DNA of 64,000 bases, taken from positions 592-64,591 of the forward strand of contig JANWXU010000006.1 of assembly GCA_025057395.1 (NCBI GenBank), given 5' to 3'. The notes below the pieces were generated by a model. The model saw only the letters and a list, made by a program, of their open reading frames with translations. It made no database searches and had not been told where the DNA came from. Below are positions 8,800 to 16,494 of this stretch, piece after piece (the first letter of the stretch is position 1; the number at the start of each line of letters is the position of its first letter). The DNA comes from Bacteroidia bacterium. Lineage in GTDB: Bacteria; Bacteroidota; Bacteroidia; J057; JANWXU01. A program made the translations under genes and the position numbers.

Positions 8800-10491
8800 A
8801 TGCTAGAATTTTGGAATTGGCAGTGGAAGTTTTTTAGAAATTGGATACACACATGCTATCATCTTTTTTTTAGTACATATAACTTTTTTGTAAAAGTACT
8901 AGCACCACCCTTAATAAAAAGCAACCCAACTTTGGAAATACAACCTAAACAACAATTATTAAAACTACCATATGAAAATCATAAAAAATCAACAATTCAT
9001 ACTAATAAACTAATGCAAGTTATGCCAGGGCAAAATAAACGTATATTAAAAGGTCTACCTGAAATTCGAAGATTTTTCTTTAAAAATTCTACGCCTATTT
9101 ACTTCATTAGCCCTACTAACTTCAACTTACTAGGGCTGGATGAATGGGTAAAAAGTTTTAAATACATTTCTTATATCGACTGTTATGATAAGCAGCATCC
9201 CAATGTATTTGTTCCTAGTGAAAAGCCTCATGATCTTTTTGAAAGTATCGAAGAGGTGAACAACTACCTCTTAGAACACAAAGAAGTGGTAGATTATATC
9301 AATAAAAGGGGACCAGGCGGAATTGCACTTTTTCTAATGTTCGACGAAAAAACCGAATCCCTTTGCCAGGAACTTGATTTAAAAGTGGGCTTCCCTTCAG
9401 CAAAACTAAGAAACTATGTTGATAATAAAGTAGTAACTACCCGAATTGCTGAAAAAGCAGGAGTTCCTTGCGTACCTAATGTTTTAGGAAAAGTATCAAA
9501 CTATGAGTCCTTGCTTGGGCTAGCAGGAGACCTGGGTACAGACTTGGTAGTTCAACTTCCTTACGGAGATTCCGGTAATACTACTTTTTTTATATCTTCT
9601 TCAGAAGATTGGGAAAGATATAAAGATAAAATCACTGCGGAGCCAGAAGTGAAAATTATGAAACGAATTAATTGTCGCGGCTCTGCTATGGAAGCTTGTG
9701 TAACAAGACACGGAACTATCGTAGCTCCCCTAATGACTGAACTAATTGGCTTTAAATCTCTAACGCCCTACAAAGGGGGATGGTGCGGCAATGAACTTTA
9801 TGCAGATGTCTTTACTCCCGAAATACGAGAACAAGCTAGAAAATATACAGAAAGCTTTGGTAATGCCCTCCGTGAAGAGGGATACATTGGCTATTTTGAG
9901 CTAGATTTCTTAATTGATACTGATACACAAAAATTATACTTAGGCGAACTTAACCCACGAATTACCGGCGCTAGCTCTATTACTAATCATGCAGTTTTTG
10001 CTCTTGCTGATATGCCCCTGTTTTTATTTCACCTGATTGAATTCATGGACGTAGACTATGAAATAGATGTAGAAGAAATCAATCAGCGCTGGAATGACCC
10101 TGATAATATCGATACCTGGAGTCAATTGGTACTTAAAAGAACAGAGGAATCCTTAGAATGGGTAACTCAAGCTCCCCCCACGGGCATTTGGTCAATGGAT
10201 AGAAATGGAGATATCAAATTTTCTCGCTTTGATACTCACCGTAGGGCTGTAGAAAATGAATGGGAAGCTTTCTTTTTGCGCATCATTAAGCCGGGAGATG
10301 TATGGTACAAGGGAGCTGACTTAGGAATATTGGTAACTCGAGGAAGGTTAATGACCGATGATTTTAAGCTTAATGCCCGTGCCCATGCCTGGATAAGTGG
10401 ATTACAACAACACTTTAAAACTACCCCCTATGAACCCCATTATTCTTATAAAGTACCTTCTGAGACTTATGAACCCTTTAAGCTTCTATAA
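8800..10491 (+). CDS. ATP-grasp fold ligase (often auto-annotated 'biotin carboxylase'); conserved core starts near 9013
   Basis: DNK...IAEKAGVPCVP, VVQLPYGDSGNTTFF, GYFELDFL, LGELNPRITG (E-x-N-P-R ATP-grasp signature). Confidence 0.85.
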   Translation: MLEFWNWQWKFFRNWIHTCYHLFFSTYNFFVKVLAPPLIKSNPTLEIQPKQQLLKLPYENHKKSTIHTNKLMQVMPGQNKRILKGLPEIRRFFFKNSTPIYFISPTNFNLLGLDEWVKSFKYISYIDCYDKQHPNVFVPSEKPHDLFESIEEVNNYLLEHKEVVDYINKRGPGGIALFLMFDEKTESLCQELDLKVGFPSAKLRNYVDNKVVTTRIAEKAGVPCVPNVLGKVSNYESLLGLAGDLGTDLVVQLPYGDSGNTTFFISSSEDWERYKDKITAEPEVKIMKRINCRGSAMEACVTRHGTIVAPLMTELIGFKSLTPYKGGWCGNELYADVFTPEIREQARKYTESFGNALREEGYIGYFELDFLIDTDTQKLYLGELNPRITGASSITNHAVFALADMPLFLFHLIEFMDVDYEIDVEEINQRWNDPDNIDTWSQLVLKRTEESLEWVTQAPPTGIWSMDRNGDIKFSRFDTHRRAVENEWEAFFLRIIKPGDVWYKGADLGILVTRGRLMTDDFKLNARAHAWISGLQQHFKTTPYEPHYSYKVPSETYEPFKLL

Positions 10492-10517
10492 TTAGGTAGC
10501 CGTAAAAAGGGTAAAAA

Positions 10518-11486
10518 ATGAATTATATTTATTTGCAAACCCTCTATGAAACGCAACCTGGCGCCAAATGGCAAAATTTTTTCAATACACATTGGCCTAA
10601 TTACAAAAAGTGGTATTTAAGTAAAGGCGAAAAACAAAGGCCCGGTTTTTTAACATGCCAAAAACAACTTAAAAAGTATATGCCTGAACTTTTTCCTATC
10701 TGGGAAAAACTGGTAGAACTTGCGGGAGGCGGAGACTTGCAGGCTCGTTTTCTGAGCCTGTATAATCCCCCTCCCTTTGTTGCTGGCTGCAGCCAAATGG
10801 TATGGTTACAAGAACCCCTAGCTCTGGTGCGAAATTATGACTATTCTCCTCATCTTTTTGACGCCACCTTGTTACACACTCAGTGGTGCCAGCCTGTAAT
10901 TGCCGTTTCAGACTGTTTATGGGGCGCTTTAGACGGAATTAATGCCGCAGGATTATGTGTCTCTCTGGCTTTTGGGGGCAGTCAAAAAACAGGTGAGGGC
11001 TTTGCTATTACCCTAATTTTACGTTATCTTTTAGAGTGCTGCTACAATGTAAATGTAGCTTGCCAGGCTTTACAGAAAATTCCTTCTCATATGGCCTATA
11101 ATGTATTACTTCTAGATAGCAATGGCAACCATATGCTCGCTCAATTAGCTCCTGAACAAGAGCCCCAATTTTCTAAAGCTCTTTTTTCTACAAATCATCA
11201 GTGCAATTCCCAATGGTTGAAATATTTACAAATTAGCCAAACTTATGAACGATACCAATACCTTGAACACTTATTTTCTACTCCCACTTTAAACCTAGAT
11301 TCAATAATTAGAGCTTTACTAAATCCTCCCCTTTATAGCACCCGTTTTGATAGAGGCTTTGGTACGTTATATACTGCAGCCTACTATCCTACTTATTTAT
11401 CTGCTACTTTTCATTGGCCAGGTTTAAAATTAGAAAGAAATTTTTCTTCTACCGACGAACCAGCTTTTCATATTCAATACACCTAA
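10518..11486 (+). CDS. C45 family Ntn-hydrolase/acyltransferase (AAT/Tan-like, autoproteolytic)
   Basis: Pro-segment followed by G|CS nucleophile site (AGCSQ), RNYDY, DGINAAGL, TNH motif. Confidence 0.88.
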   Translation: MNYIYLQTLYETQPGAKWQNFFNTHWPNYKKWYLSKGEKQRPGFLTCQKQLKKYMPELFPIWEKLVELAGGGDLQARFLSLYNPPPFVAGCSQMVWLQEPLALVRNYDYSPHLFDATLLHTQWCQPVIAVSDCLWGALDGINAAGLCVSLAFGGSQKTGEGFAITLILRYLLECCYNVNVACQALQKIPSHMAYNVLLLDSNGNHMLAQLAPEQEPQFSKALFSTNHQCNSQWLKYLQISQTYERYQYLEHLFSTPTLNLDSIIRALLNPPLYSTRFDRGFGTLYTAAYYPTYLSATFHWPGLKLERNFSSTDEPAFHIQYT

Positions 11487-11515
11487 AAAGCTAGTCAAAA
11501 AATTTATACTGCTGT

Positions 11516-12979
11516 ATGCGCAATGGGCGAATTGTTTTTTTTAACATTATTGTATTGTTGTGGGCTCTATCTTTCAATGGACAGAGTCAAAATAAAAATA
11601 TTCATCGCTATTTCGAAAAAATTAGAAATAATGAGGCTCTCCTAACCGCCTTCTTCATGCAAATGCCTAAAGGCGGAGACTTACACCATCACTTCAGTGG
11701 CTCTGTATATGCCGAAACTTACCTGGAGTATGCAATAGAAAATAATTACTGGCTCAACCGTAATACCCTAGAAGTAGCCATTGAAAAAAAGTCAGAAGAC
11801 CCAGTATGGACACAGTTTTCCACCCTCCAAAGCGAAGGCTCTTTAAATCTTTACCGTTCAAAATTACTACAAAAATGGTCAGTTAAAGACTACAACCTTA
11901 GCAATATACCTCCTGATAAGCTATTTTTTGAAACTTTTGCTTATTTCAGTCCTATTAGTAAACAACCTAATTGTATCGCAAAGGGATTACTAGAATTAAA
12001 ACACAGAGCAAAAATTGAAAATGTAAGCTACCTAGAAACTATGCTTTCTACTGTCCCTTGCTCACCGCCCCCTCCAGGAATAGAAAAATATAACTTTCGT
12101 CTGCGCCAAATTCAAAATCAAAGAGATACACTAGCGCTATTTAGCTTATTAGATTCTCTTTTGCCCCTATTAAATCTCGAACGCCTAGAAAACTGCGCAG
12201 AAACCTATGCCAAAAACAATAGGAGAATGCATGATAGCCTGCAGCTAGACGAGTCAGATTTTATTATTCGTTATCAAACTTACGTACATAGGCACAGCGA
12301 GCCTACGGCTTTATTTCAAAGCCTGTGGATTGCATTTGCCGCTTCCCAAAAAAGTCCTCTCATTGTAGGTGTAAATATTGTAGGAGCAGAAGACCATCCT
12401 ATTGCGCTCCAAGACTACTGGCTCCATATGGCCATGTTTCGCTATTGCCATAAAAAATTTCCTGCTGTAAAATATGCTCTACATGCCGGAGAATTAACCC
12501 TCGGCTTTGTAAAACCCGAAGAACTTACTTGGCATATTCAAGAAGCTATCTTTTTAGCTCAAGCTCATAGAGTCGGGCATGGTGTTGATATTATGCATGA
12601 AAGTCAAATTTTTGAAATTTTAAAATGGATGCACACCCAAAAAATACCTGTGGAAATTAACCTAAGCAGTAACGAATTTATCCTAGGAGTAAAAGGAAAT
12701 AAGCACCCTATTGAGTTATATTTTCAACATAAAGTACCTATTGTAATTTGCAGTGATGATGCCGGAGTTTTACGCAATAACTTTACACATCAATTTGTGC
12801 TTCTTGCGCAAAGGTATAGAAAAATTAGGTATAAGCATATTAAAGAGTTTATTTTTAACAGTCTACACTATGCTTTCATTGAAGAAGAAAGCCTTAAGAA
12901 GGCACTAATTCAAAATCTGGAAAAACGCTTTGCTTACTTTGAAAAAAAAATACTTCAAAACTGCTATAAAAAATTGTGA
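11516..12979 (+). CDS. Secreted adenosine deaminase (ADA2/ADGF-like)
   Basis: N-terminal signal peptide, MPKGGDLHHH, HAGE, RVGHG, VEINLSSN, SDD metal ligands. Confidence 0.88.
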   Translation: MRNGRIVFFNIIVLLWALSFNGQSQNKNIHRYFEKIRNNEALLTAFFMQMPKGGDLHHHFSGSVYAETYLEYAIENNYWLNRNTLEVAIEKKSEDPVWTQFSTLQSEGSLNLYRSKLLQKWSVKDYNLSNIPPDKLFFETFAYFSPISKQPNCIAKGLLELKHRAKIENVSYLETMLSTVPCSPPPPGIEKYNFRLRQIQNQRDTLALFSLLDSLLPLLNLERLENCAETYAKNNRRMHDSLQLDESDFIIRYQTYVHRHSEPTALFQSLWIAFAASQKSPLIVGVNIVGAEDHPIALQDYWLHMAMFRYCHKKFPAVKYALHAGELTLGFVKPEELTWHIQEAIFLAQAHRVGHGVDIMHESQIFEILKWMHTQKIPVEINLSSNEFILGVKGNKHPIELYFQHKVPIVICSDDAGVLRNNFTHQFVLLAQRYRKIRYKHIKEFIFNSLHYAFIEEESLKKALIQNLEKRFAYFEKKILQNCYKKL

Positions 12980-13008
12980 GAATTCAATCAATTACTAAAA
13001 ACTAATGC

Positions 13009-14301
13009 CTAATCACTAGAATTTAATGAATACTTTTCTCCCCACTTCAACCGAATAAATTGTTGAATTTCCTTTTCTTTACCAATAGGCTTAGGCAAAT
13101 AAAATACTTTTCCTTCTAAACCTGGGGGCATAAATTCTTGCCTAGCCATAGGATTAAAAATATCAAAATCATGTTCATATAAATAGTTTTTACCATATCC
13201 CCAGTCTTTCATAGTATCAGTTACAGGATTTCTTAAGTGTAAAGGCACAGGAGGATTATGTTGAGTGCGAACTACTTCTAGAGCTTTTTCTATTCCTACA
13301 TACGAAGCATTACTTTTTAAGGAAGTAGCTAAATATACAGCACATTGGGCAAGAATAATTCTTGCTTCGGGCATTCCTATTACAGAAACTGCTTGAAAAC
13401 AACTGGTGGCCAGTACTAAAGCATTAGGATTAGCATTTCCAATATCCTCAGAAGCTAGAATTATCATCCTACGAGCAATAAATTGTACATCTTCGCCACC
13501 CTCTAACATTCTAGCTAACCAATATAAAGCGGCATTAGGATCACTACCTCGAATGCTTTTGATAAATGCAGAAATAATATCATAATGCTGCTCTCCTGCT
13601 TTATCGTAAAAAATACTCTTTCTTTGAGCTACTCTAGCTACTAACTCATTGGTGATTATAATTTTTTCCTCTTCCTTGTGCTGCAATACACATAGCTCTA
13701 ATAAATTTAGTGCTTTACGCGCATCGCCATTAGAAATATGGAAAAAGGCATCATATTCGCAAATTTCAATAGAGCGCTTTTTTAGTAGGCTATCTTGCTG
13801 CAAAGCACGCTTTAATATTTTTGCAATTGCCTCCTGAGTTAGAGGGCGCAATGTAAGCACCTGACAGCGCGAAAGGAGAGCGGGTATTATTTCAAAAGAG
13901 GGATTTTCCGTGGTAGCTCCTATAAGGGTTATAAGACCAGTTTCCACTGCATGTAAAAGAGCATCCTGCTGCGCTTTATTAAAGCGATGTATTTCGTCGA
14001 TAAACAAAATAAGTCCCTTACGTACCTTTGCAGATTCAAGAATGACTCTAATTTCCTTAACTCCTGCCTGCACAGCACTTATCATTTCCAATTCTCTTCC
14101 TAAAGCAGAAGCTAAGATATATACTAGCGTTGTCTTTCCTACACCTGGGGGCCCCCAAAATACTAGAGAAGGAAGAAATTGGTTTTGTATAAAATTAAAC
14201 AATAGCTGCCCTGCGGCAGTAAGATGCTCTTGCCCTATTAATTCTTCTAAAGTTCGAGGACGAACTCTTTCTGCTAAGGGAGGAAGGTCAGTCAACCTCA
14301 A
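13009..14301 (-). CDS. rarA: Replication-associated recombination protein A (RarA/MgsA)
   Basis: PLAERVRP, GPPGVGKT, DEIHRFNKAQQD, GATTENPSF, SAFIKSIRGSDP, ASEDIGNA, VPLHLRN. Confidence 0.96.
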   Translation of the reverse strand: MRLTDLPPLAERVRPRTLEELIGQEHLTAAGQLLFNFIQNQFLPSLVFWGPPGVGKTTLVYILASALGRELEMISAVQAGVKEIRVILESAKVRKGLILFIDEIHRFNKAQQDALLHAVETGLITLIGATTENPSFEIIPALLSRCQVLTLRPLTQEAIAKILKRALQQDSLLKKRSIEICEYDAFFHISNGDARKALNLLELCVLQHKEEEKIIITNELVARVAQRKSIFYDKAGEQHYDIISAFIKSIRGSDPNAALYWLARMLEGGEDVQFIARRMIILASEDIGNANPNALVLATSCFQAVSVIGMPEARIILAQCAVYLATSLKSNASYVGIEKALEVVRTQHNPPVPLHLRNPVTDTMKDWGYGKNYLYEHDFDIFNPMARQEFMPPGLEGKVFYLPKPIGKEKEIQQFIRLKWGEKYSLNSSD

Positions 14302-14473
14302 TAATTGACATTAGTACAGATGGTACAGTAGACTGATAAGACTGGTAACGCTCGTCTTTTTCTATTATGCGATTATGTATAAGAGCTGTTTGTACCGCAT
14401 GCTTTATATTAGCATCCAGTAAGGAATGGAATTTCTCAAATTCCCAGTTCCAAGGGTTGGTAGTAGGCTCCAA
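14288..14473 (-). CDS. Small protein overlapping the end of the zeta-like ATPase gene (putative partner)
   Basis: 3' part of ORF 14288..14665; probable TTG start at 14473; 'FHSLLDANIKHAVQTALIHNR' resembles small helical proteins I associate with COG4185 neighbours. Confidence 0.45.
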   Translation of the reverse strand: MEPTTNPWNWEFEKFHSLLDANIKHAVQTALIHNRIIEKDERYQSYQSTVPSVLMSIIEVD

Positions 14474-15029
14474 TTCTTGCCCAAATGCTTGGTTCGTAAA
14501 CTTCAATGGTAGCACCACTTTTTTTCCGCGACACAAGTATAGGTATTTTTCCAGAATTATCATAGACCCAAAAGTTATCGAAGAGAGGTATATATAGTTG
14601 GTGTAAATTGACAACAGAGCGGTAGTACCGCCTAAAAACAGTAGTTTTAGATACATAGTGCCCACCTAATTGTGCTCTTTTTTGTACTCGTTCATATGCT
14701 AATTCCGGACTCTCTAACCACAAGTAAATCAGGTTTAGCATATACCCGGTGGATTTACATTGCCTCAAAATATGTGCCAAAGTAACAGAAGAAAGTGTAC
14801 TTTCAAGAGCAAAATTTTGCTTATGATAGACTAATTGCCGCAATTCTTGAAGCAATATCTTAGAAGCTGCATAGCCTGCACTTCTTTGCGGATCTCGTAA
14901 GGAAATATTAGACGCAATAATATCCGCATTCAAAAATACCATCTGCCCTAATAAGTCTTGCGTTATAGGCAAAGCAACCGTAGTCTTACCCGCACCATTA
15001 CATCCTCCAAATAAAAACAGAACTGCCAT
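14436..15029 (-). CDS. Zeta-toxin-like P-loop ATPase/kinase (COG4185 type)
   Basis: GGCNGAGKTT, FLNADIIA, FALESTLS, ERVQKRAQLGGHYV, RRYYRS, YDNS. Confidence 0.88.
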   Translation of the reverse strand: MAVLFLFGGCNGAGKTTVALPITQDLLGQMVFLNADIIASNISLRDPQRSAGYAASKILLQELRQLVYHKQNFALESTLSSVTLAHILRQCKSTGYMLNLIYLWLESPELAYERVQKRAQLGGHYVSKTTVFRRYYRSVVNLHQLYIPLFDNFWVYDNSGKIPILVSRKKSGATIEVYEPSIWARIGAYYQPLELGI

Positions 15030-15326
15030 AGTTACTTTTTGTAATTAGTTAGATTAGTTAGACAGTTTAGCCTTCAATTTAAGAATAACTAACTCTAAAA
15101 ATTTTTAAATTGATATATAATTACCTAGATTGATAATTTTCAGTTACTTAGCCCATTCATTAATATTCACTGCCATAAACTTAAACATATGCTAAAAACA
15201 ATAATGCAAAATGATGTTAATTTTTTGAGAATTCCTCTACCTAATATTTGTTTTATATCTATAATTTTGAGATAATATAGAGTTTAGGTTACTAAAAACA
15301 GTATTCAATAAATAATAATATTTGCC

Positions 15327-15767
15327 ATGGCAGTAGAAAAAACAATTCTTCACGTTGAAGACGACCTACACTATCAAATGCTTTGTAAAAAAATATTTGA
15401 GAAGTTGGGCTTCGTGTATACCGGAGTACCCACCGCTGAAAGAGCAGAAGAAATTTTAAATCAAGAAAAAATAGATATTTTGCTAGTAGATTGCTTTTTA
15501 CACTCCGAAGGAATTAACGGAGATAAGCTAATAGAAAATTTACTGAATACTAATAAATTTCAGAACCCGATCATTTACGTATCCAATTCGGCACGTCCTG
15601 CCTTTATTAAAAAACTCAAAAAAGACTATCCTAGTGCAAAAATTACAGAATGTGTAAAGCAAGATTTTTTACCTATGCTTAATCAACTAAGCCAAACTAA
15701 CGAGCAGCCTAGCCCTGATTATCTTTTTGAATTTCTGGATACCGCCTATTCTACTGAACACTCCTAA
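15327..15767 (+). CDS. Single-domain response regulator (CheY-like receiver)
   Basis: ILHVEDD, phospho-acceptor Asp in ILLVDC, PIIYVS; no output domain. Confidence 0.85.
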   Translation: MAVEKTILHVEDDLHYQMLCKKIFEKLGFVYTGVPTAERAEEILNQEKIDILLVDCFLHSEGINGDKLIENLLNTNKFQNPIIYVSNSARPAFIKKLKKDYPSAKITECVKQDFLPMLNQLSQTNEQPSPDYLFEFLDTAYSTEHS

Positions 15768-15827
15768 ACAAAATCAGCACTTACTAGTGCTTAATTTAGT
15801 AATCTTAATTCTAAATTCATAGCATAA

Positions 15828-16478
15828 ATGCAAGTATCTCCCTCAATTATTGCTACAGAATTCCTAAAACTTTCCCAAACTCTCAATTTATTGAACGAAA
15901 GTGAAGCAGATTATATCCACTGTGATATCATGGATGGCAATTTCGTGCCTAACCTCACTTTTGGTATGACAATTTTTGCAGAAATTGCTCAATTTTCTCA
16001 AAAACCCCTAGAAGCCCACCTGATGATACAAAACCCTGAAAAATATATTCCGGACTTTCAAAAAGCAGGTGCTCAAATAATCACTATTCACTATGAAGGA
16101 AATTTGCACGTGCACCGTACCCTAAACCAAATCAAATCTTTAGGCTGCCAAGCAGGACTAGCAATCAACCCATCTACGCCAATAGAGTGTGTATTAGACC
16201 TTATATGCGAAGTTGATATAATTTGCCTAATGAGCGTTAATCCTGGCTTTTATGGGCAGCCTTTTATTCCTCGAACATTATCTAAAATACAAAGGCTTAA
16301 AAATTTAATCCTTCAAGAAAAAAGCTCAGCTCTAATTGAAGTAGATGGGGGTGTAACTTTCGAAAATATTCCTAATATTGCTGCTGCAGGCGCCGATATC
16401 GTTGTAGCAGGAAATACTGTTTTTAGGCATCCTAAGTATACCATCCATCAAGCTATTGCAGAACTCAAAAAATTTTAA
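15828..16478 (+). CDS. rpe: Ribulose-phosphate 3-epimerase
   Basis: HCDIMDGNFVPNLTFG, HLMI, MSVNPGF.GQ, IEVDGG. Confidence 0.96.
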   Translation: MQVSPSIIATEFLKLSQTLNLLNESEADYIHCDIMDGNFVPNLTFGMTIFAEIAQFSQKPLEAHLMIQNPEKYIPDFQKAGAQIITIHYEGNLHVHRTLNQIKSLGCQAGLAINPSTPIECVLDLICEVDIICLMSVNPGFYGQPFIPRTLSKIQRLKNLILQEKSSALIEVDGGVTFENIPNIAAAGADIVVAGNTVFRHPKYTIHQAIAELKKF

Positions 16479-16494
16479 TCTAATTATCTCCAAA

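Noticed and set aside
8800-10491. Biotin carboxylase / acetyl-CoA carboxylase annotation
   Set aside because: Lacks biotin carboxylase signature motifs (e.g. ANRGEIA, HPGYGFLSE) and no BCCP or carboxyltransferase gene is nearby
14474-14665. Long 125-aa version of ORF 14288..14665
   Set aside because: The 5' part lies wholly inside the zeta-like gene in another frame; only the 3' part is plausible
16456-16494. TonB receptor start overlapping rpe
   Set aside because: GTG at 16495 gives a better-placed signal peptide with no overlap
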